A stretch of DNA of 64,000 bases from an uncultured Clostridium sp. (lineage in GTDB: Bacteria > Bacillota > Clostridia > TANB77 > CAG-508): the NCBI GenBank assembly GCA_900554365.1, contig USGY01000002.1, forward strand, positions 54,136 to 118,135, read 5' to 3'. Positions within the stretch are counted from its first letter, which is position 1, and every line of letters starts with the position of its first letter. The translations under genes and the position numbers were made by a program. Below, one piece after another: positions 18,366 to 28,275 of the stretch. The notes under the pieces were generated by a model. That model was not told the origin of the DNA and did no database searches. It was given only the letters and a program-made list of their open reading frames with translations.

Positions 18366-20076
18366 TCTCCTTTGCCTTATTCAAGGATTCTATATACACT
18401 TCTGGTATATTATTTTTACTTATTTGTTTTCCTAATAATCTCCCTCTAACCATGTCTTTTGTTTTCCATAGCCATGAAATTAGTATTAATTTAATCAATT
18501 CCGTATTACCTGTTGCTATAGCTTGGTTAATTGTATAATCTTTGCTAATAGTCACCTGTAGCCCTAATTTTTCATTATTTTTTTCCAGTTTTTTCTTTTG
18601 AAAATTTTTGTTTTTTCCATCTTTTTGATACAATTCAATTATTTCAACTACTTCATCTATAGCATCATTTAAAAATAATTTGTTAACAATATCACATTCA
18701 AAGTCTCTATCATTAGTATATATATATTCTTGCTTTATATCATCTCCATCATCTTTATCTAGTACACAAATAACATCTATTCCAAAATTTTTTATAACTC
18801 TCTCTATCAATGGAATAGAAGTCTTCCCTCCTGCCCCAATAATTGCTATTTTTAAATAATCTAAATCCATATTTAATTTTTGTGCAAAATATGGTATTGA
18901 GCCTATTTCTGATATTCCTTCATATATTAGCACTACACTTGAAAAGAAACTTTCCTTTATATCTTGCATATGTGCTAATAAATGTTTTTCCTCATCTATT
19001 TCGAAAGTAATATCCATTCCAGACTTTGCCAAAATCTGATTTTTTACTTTAAATAATCTAATATATTCCTTATAATTATCAGATAATATATTTGGGGAAT
19101 GTGTGCATACTATCATCTGCCCTATTAATCCGTCTAAGTTAAAACACGTTTTTAATAATTCTATGAATCCTTTATCTTCATTATTTATTATCTTTTTTAA
19201 ATTATTCATTAAATTTCTCTGCATATATGGGTGTAAATGTATTTCTGGTTCATCTAGAGCAATTATAAGTGGTAAAAACTTTTTACCTTCTTTATCTATA
19301 AATGCAATTTCTTTATCACTATCTATTTTTTTCATTATTGTATTTAATATTTCAAAAAATACATATGACATATATCTTATACCACTTCCCATATTATTGA
19401 TAGATATATTATCTTTATCACTTAGCCCAATTAATTGAGGTATAAGTTTAGTAGCATCATTTTCCAATTTAGCAGCAATGTCAAAGTTTTGTATCAAATT
19501 AATCTTATATAATAATTCATTTATACTATTTGCTACATCATTAATTTTACTTTCATCTACAACATCTTGAGATGCTATTTTATTTTCTTTTATATATTTT
19601 TCGATTATATTATTTAAAAATTTTCCAGCAGTTTTACTCTTACTAAAATTCAATTCCTCTGGTGCTTTAACTGAATTATAATACACAAAAGGTAAATTTC
19701 TAATTTTTGTATATGGTATAACTAAGTCTGTTTCTTTATGGAAAAATTCTACTCTCCCATTATTATTTTCTTGTAAAGCTACAATAGTTATTTCATTTTC
19801 TCGATTTGTATCAAATAGGTCATCAAAATACCCTATTTCCAAATCTGATAGTTCTAATTTCATATTAACTTCAATTTTCTCATTTAAGTTACAAAAGTCA
19901 TTTTCATTAAATGCTCCTCTATTAAAAATAGTATTTAATAAATCTAATATACTACTTTTCCCTATACCATTATCTCCTAATATATATGATTTTTTTGCAT
20001 TAAAATTTATATTTACATTATTTAATCCCCTATAATTTTTTATTTCTATATTTTTAATTATCATATTATTTCTCAC
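18346..20076 (-). CDS. gajA: Gabija GajA, OLD-family ABC ATPase plus Toprim nuclease
   Basis: The 576-aa ORF has an N-terminus matching GajA (IKNIEIKNYRGLNNVNINF...GDNGIGKSS), Walker B/H-loop LDEPEIHLHP, and Toprim residues (YEGISE, VLDKDDGDD). Confidence 0.9.
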   Translation of the reverse strand: MRNNMIIKNIEIKNYRGLNNVNINFNAKKSYILGDNGIGKSSILDLLNTIFNRGAFNENDFCNLNEKIEVNMKLELSDLEIGYFDDLFDTNRENEITIVALQENNNGRVEFFHKETDLVIPYTKIRNLPFVYYNSVKAPEELNFSKSKTAGKFLNNIIEKYIKENKIASQDVVDESKINDVANSINELLYKINLIQNFDIAAKLENDATKLIPQLIGLSDKDNISINNMGSGIRYMSYVFFEILNTIMKKIDSDKEIAFIDKEGKKFLPLIIALDEPEIHLHPYMQRNLMNNLKKIINNEDKGFIELLKTCFNLDGLIGQMIVCTHSPNILSDNYKEYIRLFKVKNQILAKSGMDITFEIDEEKHLLAHMQDIKESFFSSVVLIYEGISEIGSIPYFAQKLNMDLDYLKIAIIGAGGKTSIPLIERVIKNFGIDVICVLDKDDGDDIKQEYIYTNDRDFECDIVNKLFLNDAIDEVVEIIELYQKDGKNKNFQKKKLEKNNEKLGLQVTISKDYTINQAIATGNTELIKLILISWLWKTKDMVRGRLLGKQISKNNIPEVYIESLNKAKEIANKNV

Positions 20077-20084
20077 CTTTTAAT

Positions 20085-21413
20085 TTAATATTTTAAATTA
20101 TCTTCTTCTATTATTCTTATATCTGCACCTTTTTCATTTAACTCTTGAGCTTTTGCTTGTTTGCCACCTATCTTTCCAAATTTCCATGCATCGCTGCCAA
20201 CACCTCCAACTATTAAATAATCTAATTTTGATGATACTCCTGCCTTCTCTATTGCACCTAGTTCTTGTAATCTCTTAGATACTTCTTGCTTAGTAGCAGT
20301 CTTAAATTCACCTGTTAGACAAAATGTCTTCCCTTTAAAATCTATATTTTCATCATTATTAAAATCTGGATGTACTATTTCATTAAATATACTAAGAATA
20401 TAATTACTTTCTTCTTCAGTTAAAAATCCATCCTCTAGTACTTTACTTACTTCTAGAAGAACTTTGTCATAAGGATATACATCTTTTAAATAATCATTTT
20501 GCTTTAACCATATATTCAAATTATCTAACTCTTTTTGATTTACTTTTTGATTGCATACAATTCCATCTAATATTCCATTTAATATTTGTAAAGACAACGT
20601 TGATTCACTATACATTTTAGAATTATTTATACTTGTTACTAATTTTTCTAGTTCAATTCTTTCATATTCTGTAATTATATTATCCTCTAAAATTTCTTCT
20701 AATTTATTAATTATTCTATTAAATAATAAATATTGTTTATATAGTCTATTATCTTCCACCCAAGATTTAAGTTTCCCAATTTCTTTATCATCTATTATTC
20801 CATCATAATTAATTCCTTTAATTATTCCATATAATGTATTTATATTTGTTTCTAATTTTGAATCTAAGCTATCCAATACTTTACTTTCAAATTCAAATTT
20901 TTCACAACTTCCAATATCATTATTACAATTTAAATATTCAAATATTTTCTGACTTGCTTTAGCATCTTCTAATGCATTGTGATGATTTTCTAGATTAATA
21001 TTCAACAAATTACATAAATTATTTAAACTATAACTGTTAGTATTAATACAGTTTCTCGATAATTTAAGAGTACAATAATAATTAAATATAGGTACTTTTA
21101 TTTCGTAGCGTTCTAGTGCTTTTGCAATTACTGTTAAATCATAAATAACATTATGACCTATAATAATGTTATCTGATAATAAATCTTTTATATTCTCCCA
21201 ATATTCTTTAAAAGTTGGTGCATCTTTAACATCAGAATAATTTAAACCTGTTATATTACTATTATTTGTATCAAATCTATCCTCTGGATTTATTAATGAA
21301 TACTTTTCATCTACAATCTTATTATCTTTAACAATAATAATTCCTATTGAACATATTGAATTACCTCTTGCATTTGGGTTTTCTATATCAATGCTTATAT
21401 AATCTTTTATCAT
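20085..21413 (-). CDS. DEDDh (DnaQ-like) 3'-5' exonuclease fused to a C-terminal BRCT domain
   Basis: It has Exo I-III motifs (SIDIENPN, HNVIYDL, H..LEDA) and a BRCT fold signature at the C-terminus (FKGKTFCLTGEF...LDYLIVGG). Only 8 nt separate it from gajA. Confidence 0.7.
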   Translation of the reverse strand: MIKDYISIDIENPNARGNSICSIGIIIVKDNKIVDEKYSLINPEDRFDTNNSNITGLNYSDVKDAPTFKEYWENIKDLLSDNIIIGHNVIYDLTVIAKALERYEIKVPIFNYYCTLKLSRNCINTNSYSLNNLCNLLNINLENHHNALEDAKASQKIFEYLNCNNDIGSCEKFEFESKVLDSLDSKLETNINTLYGIIKGINYDGIIDDKEIGKLKSWVEDNRLYKQYLLFNRIINKLEEILEDNIITEYERIELEKLVTSINNSKMYSESTLSLQILNGILDGIVCNQKVNQKELDNLNIWLKQNDYLKDVYPYDKVLLEVSKVLEDGFLTEEESNYILSIFNEIVHPDFNNDENIDFKGKTFCLTGEFKTATKQEVSKRLQELGAIEKAGVSSKLDYLIVGGVGSDAWKFGKIGGKQAKAQELNEKGADIRIIEEDNLKY

Positions 21414-21435
21414 ATTTCATTTCTCCATTCTTTAA

Positions 21436-22254
21436 CTATAATACTTTATTTTCTATATCTTTTTCTTTTATAATCTCCTCTTTATTAACTTCATATCTCA
21501 CTATCCCAATATATTCTCCTTTTAATATGTTAGTAGCAGTATAGTGAACATTTAATATTTGCCTATACCAATTTGATAGTACATCTTCATAATATACAAT
21601 AATATCCATATCATATGGTTCTTTTGAACTTTTTAAAGAGAAGAATTTATTTATTGTTCTCTCTTCTCCTTTTTCAAAAACTTCTAAGGAATAATTTCCT
21701 AATATTCTATATGTTGAATTGTTTATCAGAGGAGATTTAAAATCTACTTTAATATTTTTAATATTATTAAGTCCTATATTTTTTATTGATATATTCAAAC
21801 TATATGCATGTCCATTATCGACATTTGTAATTATTAGTTCTTCAAGTTCGCCTTTTCCCTTATTTTCTGTATCTATAGAGTACTTTAATATTGGCATATT
21901 TTGAACTCGTAAATTTTCTTTATCTCTTTCAATATTGTCCTCATTATTCTTTTTTATCTGTAATATTGTTACAATTACAAGTACTACTGCACTTATTACT
22001 GCAGAAATAATTCCTGCCGAATAATTAGCTAAAAATCCTAACCAGTTTTGAGAATTAACATTAACACTCCAACCTAAGTATGTTGGTATATTATATCTAT
22101 CTAAATAATAAATTACAATTGGTACCATCGACACAAAAAATAACAATATGTATAAACTTTTTTCCAAATCATCTTTGCACTTTTTATAGTTAATATAACA
22201 AAAATTTGCTATAATCCCTAATATTATAATTGTTGTTAATATATTAATTACCAT
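21436..22254 (-). CDS. membrane protein (3 N-terminal transmembrane helices plus a ~170-aa soluble domain), first gene of the Gabija-containing operon
   Basis: A 272-aa ORF, 22 nt upstream of the exonuclease gene on the same strand, with no recognised domain. Confidence 0.4.
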   Translation of the reverse strand: MVINILTTIIILGIIANFCYINYKKCKDDLEKSLYILLFFVSMVPIVIYYLDRYNIPTYLGWSVNVNSQNWLGFLANYSAGIISAVISAVVLVIVTILQIKKNNEDNIERDKENLRVQNMPILKYSIDTENKGKGELEELIITNVDNGHAYSLNISIKNIGLNNIKNIKVDFKSPLINNSTYRILGNYSLEVFEKGEERTINKFFSLKSSKEPYDMDIIVYYEDVLSNWYRQILNVHYTATNILKGEYIGIVRYEVNKEEIIKEKDIENKVL

Positions 22255-22321
22255 ATTTTATACCCCTTATATATATATCTTATTTGTTATAAAAAATTTG
22301 TCGAAACTTGTCTCTTATTAT

Positions 22322-22372
22322 CAAAAAACAAAATAATTCTGTAATATATATTACTATTATTTGGCTTTTCTT
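22322..22372. repeat. AT-rich long-stem hairpin repeat (family member 1 of 3)
   Basis: AAAACAAAATAAT-[loop TCTGTAATATATATTACT]-ATTATTTGGCTTTT. Homologous copies lie at 24311-24364 and 37924-37972. Confidence 0.55.
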
Positions 22373-22443
22373 TTGTTATTTAATTAGTCATTATATTTAA
22401 CTTCTGTTCCATCATCTAAAGTCTTAACTATTTTACTAAAATC

Positions 22444-22569
22444 TTATGCACCTATATGTGCATAATAACTCCCACCATCAATATAACACGATTCACATTT
22501 ACAAGATACTAAATCATGTACACTTTTAGATTCTATTATATCTCCACAAATTAAGCATTTTATTTTCAT
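22444..22569 (-). CDS. small zinc-ribbon protein (41 aa), absent from the 60-aa ORF track
   Basis: The ORF encodes MKIKCLICGDIIESKSVHDLVSCKCESCYIDGGSYYAHIGA. It is preceded by a strong RBS (GAGGAGG, 7-nt spacing) and has a CxxC...CxC..C pattern. Confidence 0.4.
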   Translation of the reverse strand: MKIKCLICGDIIESKSVHDLVSCKCESCYIDGGSYYAHIGA

Positions 22570-22613
22570 AATTATCCTCCTCTCAATTTTTATATCATAA
22601 ATTTAAATTTTTA

Positions 22614-22859
22614 TTACCAGCCATAATATGATCCATATCTATCTAACTTATTATTTTTGTTTTCTAATGATTCTTGATGTTCTCTTTTTCCAAGTATTTC
22701 ATCTTCTTTATCTATTATTGGATCAAACCAATCTGCTTTTTTATTAGCCCATTTAATCCAATCTTTCATTTCGTTCGATAAATTATCTTGACTTGATATA
22801 GCATTAATGTAATTTCTAATTTCACATGCTATTCTATAATCTTCTGCTAAATTTAACAA
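22614..22859 (-). CDS. hypothetical protein
   Basis: An 81-aa ORF of unknown function. Confidence 0.3.
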   Translation of the reverse strand: MLNLAEDYRIACEIRNYINAISSQDNLSNEMKDWIKWANKKADWFDPIIDKEDEILGKREHQESLENKNNKLDRYGSYYGW

Positions 22860-22904
22860 TTTTTTAACTTTCTGTGCCTCATTTTTTTTTGCATTTCTTA
22901 TTTT

Positions 22905-23912
22905 TTATTTTTTTTCTTCTTCCTCTTGATACTTTCTTTCTCTTTCTTCTCTTGCTAACCTTTCAATTTTAACTTCTTCGGATTGTTCATATAGTTTTAT
23001 AATTATATCTCCTAATTTATCTTCTAACTTTACTTTATCTGTTTCTCTTATATATTTTCTATTTCCACAAGTTATTTTCAATTTACCATTATGAACATAA
23101 TCATATTTTCTTATATTAGGTTTAGATGCATATGTAAATACTTTTTTCCTATCTTCGTATTCTAATAGCTGCTTTGCTTCTTCCTTTGTCAATTCATGCT
23201 TAACTTGATCTTTTAATTCTTCTATTTCAAGTTCAACATGCTCATCTCTAATCGTTAATGAAAACTCTTTATTTACTTCTCCACCTAATTCTTCTATAGT
23301 ATAATAAATAGCGCTTAATATTTTCATACATCTATCCTTTTCAAATTTAGATATATTTTCAAAGTATCCTTTTTCTACATAATTATGAATATTATAATAT
23401 GGATTAAGATAGTTTGCTTTTCTTTCTTCTCGTCGTTCTTCTCTTTTCTTGTTTTTATATTCAGTAATTATTTTATGATTTTTCTTATAATTATCTATAT
23501 TTAAATCATAAATAACTTCGGCTACTTTTCTTTTTTCTTCATCTGATAAAAAACTTAAAAGATTAAATTCTGTAACAAATTTATCCTTGTCACTAACTTT
23601 GCTATCAATTAATACTCCACTTACTTTTAATGGTATCTCTACTTCTTTTACTTCAGACTTTGGTAATTCAATAATATCATTTGAAAAATCTAGTCCCATA
23701 TTCTTTTTTGTCCAATATGATGATGATGGATATGGAATGTCATTTTCTTTACATACTTGTACTAATTTTGTATAATTCAAGCCATACTTTTTAGCTACAC
23801 CTGTCAATGAAATTTTCCATATCTCATCATAAAGTCTATTTCTTTCAAATTTCATAGATAAACTATCCATAAAAATCTTCCTTTCCTTCATATTTCTTTT
23901 CTTTATCTTCAT
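22905..23912 (-). CDS. hypothetical protein with a highly charged C-terminal (E/K/R) coiled-coil-like region
   Basis: A 335-aa ORF with no recognisable catalytic motif. Confidence 0.35.
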   Translation of the reverse strand: MKIKKRNMKERKIFMDSLSMKFERNRLYDEIWKISLTGVAKKYGLNYTKLVQVCKENDIPYPSSSYWTKKNMGLDFSNDIIELPKSEVKEVEIPLKVSGVLIDSKVSDKDKFVTEFNLLSFLSDEEKRKVAEVIYDLNIDNYKKNHKIITEYKNKKREERREERKANYLNPYYNIHNYVEKGYFENISKFEKDRCMKILSAIYYTIEELGGEVNKEFSLTIRDEHVELEIEELKDQVKHELTKEEAKQLLEYEDRKKVFTYASKPNIRKYDYVHNGKLKITCGNRKYIRETDKVKLEDKLGDIIIKLYEQSEEVKIERLAREERERKYQEEEEKK

Positions 23913-23945
23913 ATTTTCCTAGCGAAAATGCGAACTCATATAATT

Positions 23946-24320
23946 CTAATTCTCTTGTTCTGCATTTTCGCTTAATATAAAAAGTAAGTCGTCTTTCATT
24001 GATTCAAATTCTTTTATAATAGTTTCTAGATTACTTTCAATATTTTGCACTCTGATTTCAGATATTTTTCCATATTTATAAGCAATTAATCTTTCAGCAA
24101 TTATATGATATGACCAACTTTCTGAAAATCCCCTATCATTTTCCTCATTATGTACTGCAAATCCTATAGGTAATAAATTATTTCTCATTCCTAAGGAAAC
24201 TGCATTAGAAGAAATTCCTAAATAATCTCCTGCAATCTGACATGTTATTTTTGACTTATTCCTTATATCGTCATCTGTATATTTGCTCATAAAAAATCCT
24301 CCTTTAATATAAAAAAGCAA
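23946..24320 (-). CDS. small hypothetical protein, possibly an HTH
   Basis: A 124-aa ORF whose likely true start is the internal MSKYTDDD. It has an HTH-like segment (ITCQIAGDYLGISSNAVSLGMRNN). Confidence 0.3.
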   Translation of the reverse strand: MLFYIKGGFFMSKYTDDDIRNKSKITCQIAGDYLGISSNAVSLGMRNNLLPIGFAVHNEENDRGFSESWSYHIIAERLIAYKYGKISEIRVQNIESNLETIIKEFESMKDDLLFILSENAEQEN

Positions 24321-24364
24321 AATAATATTGTAATATACTTAATTACTCTTTTATTTTGCTTTTC
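24311..24364. repeat. AT-rich long-stem hairpin repeat (family member 2 of 3)
   Basis: AAAAGCAAAATAAT-loop-TTATTTTGCTTTT, located between the R gene end and the upstream small gene. Confidence 0.55.
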
Positions 24365-24390
24365 TTATGTTTAATTCAATATATCTATTA

Positions 24391-26166
24391 TTAAGAAACT
24401 TCTTTTTCCTTCCATTCTTCTATGTATTTTTCTATATTTTTATCCCAAATTTCATAATTTTTACAATTTATTGCTCCTTTGTGAATATATTGTAATAAAT
24501 TATTAAATTGATCTATTTCTAAATTGTTTTGATATGTGTATTCTAATATCTTCATATATTGCCCTATAGTTAAAGGAATAACTGGTACAGGATTTCCCAT
24601 CCAACTTTCTTTATTTAAGATAAAAAATTGCCACATTGTCCTAACATTTATTCTACTTGATATAAACAATCCTGTTACCTTTGTAGTTTTATGTTTTTTT
24701 ATTATATTTAATACGTGATCTATTACTGATGATGCCTCATGTTCCCATTGTAAAACTCCAGTCATTAATGATACTTCTGGTACAATAATATATTTATCAT
24801 TATATAATTCCATATCTGGCGTGTTCCCTGTTCCAGGGGCAAAATTTCTAGGTGATAAATCTTCTTCAATAGTAAAGTTTCTTTTTACATCTTTTTCTCC
24901 ATCAATTGCGACTAGTGATTTCCATGTGTTGCACTCTAGCCATAAAGCAGCCATATCTTCATCACCACTAACAATATCTTCAAACTTCTCAATGATCTCA
25001 TTTCTAATGCTTTCAGTTTTTGAAGTATATTGAATAAATATTTTTTCATTTAAACTTGTAATTTGATCTACTAATTCATTTTCTATAACTTTAAGTTTAG
25101 TATCCTTATTTCTCTTATCAAGTTCTTTATAATATAAATTACTATCATACTTTAAATCAAGTCCATATTTGCTATTATATTCGTCAATTTTTTCTTCTAA
25201 TAATATTATTTTATCAACAATTAAATCTTTACGATTCTTTTCGTTTTCCCATGGAAGTTGAATATTATCATAATCACCAAACCAGTCCATATATTCATCA
25301 AGATTCTCGGTTTTTATATAATCGTAATTATAGAAATTTTTTAACATTTCTATTTTTTTCCTTGCGTATTCTGCTATTCTAACCTTGGTATAATTTCCTC
25401 TTCCTGATATATTAAATAAACCTGTAAATCTTAGCGCTCTATTAATTGCATCGCACATTGTAAAATAAGTTCCTTCTGATTTTCCCTCTAAAGAAAAATA
25501 TTTTTCTGCAATTTTTCTATATAATGCATTACATTTATTACCATCTCTCTTATTTTCAAGAGACAAGTATTCTTTTCTAAACTCTTTTACTGCCTTTAAT
25601 AATTTATCGTATTCTTTCATATCATTACATAGTAATGCAAGACTCATTTCGAAACGATTTATATACTCTAAATCATATACTAAATTTATTATCATCTTTA
25701 ATGGAAATACTGGATTTTCATTTGAACAATTTTTTCCATACCCAGTATTTATAGAAGGAAAATGCATATTTAATAATAATTTCAGAAATATCTCGCTATC
25801 GAAATTACCTTTCGCAATCATTTTCCCGGATTTAGTAACTCTAACTTTTCCATCAGCATCAATAAATCCTAAACCCAAAAATTTATATGTTGCTAAATCA
25901 TTTCTTGCATTACTTTCGCTATCAGCTTCCCCATCAAAATTCCCACTCAAATATTCGTCATATGATAAATTTTTTATGGGAGACTCTTCTATATCTATTT
26001 GCGTATTAAAATAATACTGCCTTCTAATTGGGTGAATAGGCTTCATATTTTTACTTAATTTTTTAAAAGAATAATCCCAATCTTCTCCCTCTAGTTTTTC
26101 AAATGATTTAAACCACTGTATAGTTTTTATAACACTTCTTGGCTTTGTCCTCCAACCCCATGCCAT
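24391..26166 (-). CDS. AlwI-family (N.BstNBI/PleI/MlyI-like) type IIS restriction endonuclease
   Basis: The 591-aa ORF shares blocks that I recall from N.BstNBI: the N-terminal TKSGKMIA block matches TEAGKMLA, and the C-terminal NFTIEEDL...APGTGNTPDMELYNDKYIIVPEV block matches NFVIDEEL...AAGNQPDMEIIYEDFIVLGEV. It sits next to a Dam/DpnM-like methyltransferase. The identification rests on remembered sequence and was not searched. Confidence 0.55.
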   Translation of the reverse strand: MAWGWRTKPRSVIKTIQWFKSFEKLEGEDWDYSFKKLSKNMKPIHPIRRQYYFNTQIDIEESPIKNLSYDEYLSGNFDGEADSESNARNDLATYKFLGLGFIDADGKVRVTKSGKMIAKGNFDSEIFLKLLLNMHFPSINTGYGKNCSNENPVFPLKMIINLVYDLEYINRFEMSLALLCNDMKEYDKLLKAVKEFRKEYLSLENKRDGNKCNALYRKIAEKYFSLEGKSEGTYFTMCDAINRALRFTGLFNISGRGNYTKVRIAEYARKKIEMLKNFYNYDYIKTENLDEYMDWFGDYDNIQLPWENEKNRKDLIVDKIILLEEKIDEYNSKYGLDLKYDSNLYYKELDKRNKDTKLKVIENELVDQITSLNEKIFIQYTSKTESIRNEIIEKFEDIVSGDEDMAALWLECNTWKSLVAIDGEKDVKRNFTIEEDLSPRNFAPGTGNTPDMELYNDKYIIVPEVSLMTGVLQWEHEASSVIDHVLNIIKKHKTTKVTGLFISSRINVRTMWQFFILNKESWMGNPVPVIPLTIGQYMKILEYTYQNNLEIDQFNNLLQYIHKGAINCKNYEIWDKNIEKYIEEWKEKEVS

Positions 26167-26178
26167 GGTTTTTCCTCC

Positions 26179-27310
26179 TTAATAATTTGTTATTAACAAA
26201 TGTTCAACATCTTTATCATTTCTATTTTGAAAACTTACAAGATATTTTTTATCAAATGTTTTTATCCTAAATTCTTTTGTATTATATAAATTATAAATAA
26301 AGTCAGTATTCTTTATAATCAACATTATATTTGCTTTTGTATTTTTTAAATATTCACATAATCTCACTTGATCATTCTTGGCAAACTCATTTTTTGCATA
26401 TGTCGAAAATTCAGTATCATATGGGGGATCTAGAAAAATAAAATCTCCTTTTTTAGGTTTTACCTCTTTAAGAAAGTTTTCAAAATCATCACAATATATT
26501 TTTGTATTTGTCATATATTCTTTTATTTTCTTTGAACTTATATAGTTAATCTTTTTTATAAATTCTTTTCTATTATAGCTTATCCCTCCATAAGGTACAT
26601 TAAACTTTCCACTTTTATTATATCTAAACATAGACGCATAGCAAAATTCTCTTATAAAATAAAATATTGCTGTATAAAATGGTATACTTATATTTAAATT
26701 TTCAGCTTCGTTATACAAATGTCTAAAATGCATATAAAATGCACTTTTAAATGCACATTCAATATTATCAAGAGTATCTTTTTCACTCATCTTTTTTCTT
26801 TGAATTTCTATTTTATACATTCTATTCATTTTAGAAATTAGGTTTTTTACAATTTCATTTATAAAATTATCTATTTCAATATTAAATTCTGCAGATAATA
26901 TTCCATTAAATTCTTTAGCATGTCTTATTACAAATGCATATATTCTATCATTAAATTGTTGCTTAATCTCTTTTGTATTTTTATTATCAAGCTGTTTACA
27001 ATACTCTCTATACATTTTTAATAGCTCATCTGCATTATTTTCAACAACGCCTTCTAATAATACCCAGTTTTTATAAATAGCTTTTAATTTAGTAAAAAAT
27101 TCTTTATCTTGATTTTTGATACATTTATATAAATTTATTAATTCTTCAGATTTGTCATTTATAACTGAATTTTCAATATTTATGTCAAAATAAACTGCTC
27201 CGACCTCCTACAAAAGGCTCTATATATCTATCTATTCTACGTGGCAAATTTCTTTTTATATATGGCAATTCCTTTTCTTTTCCACCAGCCCATTTTATTA
27301 TTGGATTCAT
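26179..27310 (-). pseudogene. DpnM/Dam-like N6-adenine DNA methyltransferase (GATC class, D12 family) disrupted by a +1 frameshift near 27200-27205
   Basis: The N-terminal 42 codons (MNPIIKWAGGKEKELPYIKRNLPRRIDRYIEPFVGGRSSLF*) match the DpnM/Dam motif I (KWAGGK...EPFVGGG) and then hit TGA. The next frame continues AVYFDINIENSV...NSVINDKSEELINLYKCIK... into the annotated 278-aa ORF, which has FNVPYG and FLDPPY (motif IV) and ends ITNY as DpnM does. Removing one C from GGTCGGAGC restores FVGGGAVYFD. Confidence 0.75.
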
Positions 27311-27457
27311 AAAATTACTCTCCTTTGTTCCAATTATTTATTTTATATCACAAAATACATTTTTTAACAACAAATTATCAATTATTTCGTAATTAATTTT
27401 TATTTATCATATATTATCAAACATTTGTTTTTATTGCAATAGTTTTTATGAGATTTT

Positions 27458-28081
27458 TTAATTTTTATGAAAAAAATTATCATAAGGATAACCAGATTCA
27501 ATATACAACTCTGTTAACTCCATCTTATATTTTTCTAATAATTCTAAATATTTTTGTTTAAATACATTTTTACATAGCCACTCTACACCTTCTTTAGAAA
27601 TCACAACTTTATTATTAACTAAAAGTTTACATTCACTAAATCCACTATCACACATTTTCTTAATTGCTTTTCTAACTGTAATGTCTTTTCTATTGAAATA
27701 CTCACATAGTTGTTTTATATCCATATCTTCATTCCACCATTTTCTATCTGGTTCTATTTTTAGTAATTCTTCATATTGTCTAACTCTGTCCTCAAAAAAA
27801 TCTACATCAGCATCTATTAAAGATTTTTCTTTTTGAAAATAAACTTGATTTAGCCATGCGTATCCTTCAATTAAAACAAAATATTTTCTACTTCTTACTT
27901 TTTCACTTCTCCATCTGCAAGTTGAATGTTTTTTTAGCATAACATCTATAGCTTTTCTTAAATCTACATGTGTTATTTCTTTACCATTTTTAGTAGTAAC
28001 CCCTATCAATTTAAAAGTCTTTAAGATTTTATTATATGATAAAAAAATACTATCTAAAGCTTGTTCTGAGCTTCTCCACAT
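27458..28081 (-). CDS. conserved phage/satellite-associated protein (paralog of 43797-44420), function unknown
   Basis: About 75% aa identity to the element-B paralog. The true start is probably MWRSSEQ (aligning with MRRDSEQ in B); the 17 codons upstream in the track ORF read through the conserved noncoding leader. Confidence 0.55.
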   Translation of the reverse strand: MWRSSEQALDSIFLSYNKILKTFKLIGVTTKNGKEITHVDLRKAIDVMLKKHSTCRWRSEKVRSRKYFVLIEGYAWLNQVYFQKEKSLIDADVDFFEDRVRQYEELLKIEPDRKWWNEDMDIKQLCEYFNRKDITVRKAIKKMCDSGFSECKLLVNNKVVISKEGVEWLCKNVFKQKYLELLEKYKMELTELYIESGYPYDNFFHKN

Positions 28082-28099
28082 TTTCGTCACTTCCTTGTT

Positions 28100-28275
28100 A
28101 TAAAAATTTATTAATGCTAGTCTACGAAGCATTAATAATTAGCAAAATTTATTTTGATCGAATTTAGGTAGTATTTTTTAGTACCTAATATTCGCCAGCC
28201 TGGTGTCTTGACACCTTTTTCGCTGTTTAGGGCAAAATGCCCTAATACCTTTTTTGCTCTCCGAGGGACTTTTTT
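28100..28275 (-). promoter_or_regulatory. conserved structured noncoding leader, copy 1 (possible ncRNA or cis-regulatory RNA)
   Basis: About 95% nt identity to 44441-44612, whereas the flanking genes are only ~75% identical. It contains perfect hairpins TTAGGGCAAAATGCCCTAA and GGTGTCTTGACACC and an AATGCT...AGCATT inverted repeat. Confidence 0.5.

Noticed and set aside
24391-26166. Treating the 591-aa protein as an orphan unknown rather than a restriction enzyme
   Set aside because: Its blocks align with my recollection of N.BstNBI/AlwI-family enzymes and it sits beside a Dam-like MTase, so I kept the REase call at moderate confidence, while noting it needs a database check.
28082-28132. 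N-terminal 17-codon extension (MLRRLALINFYNKEVTK) of the 224-aa ORF
   Set aside because: The paralog starts at the aligned internal Met (MRRDSEQ). The extension is a read-through of the conserved noncoding element, so the start was trimmed.
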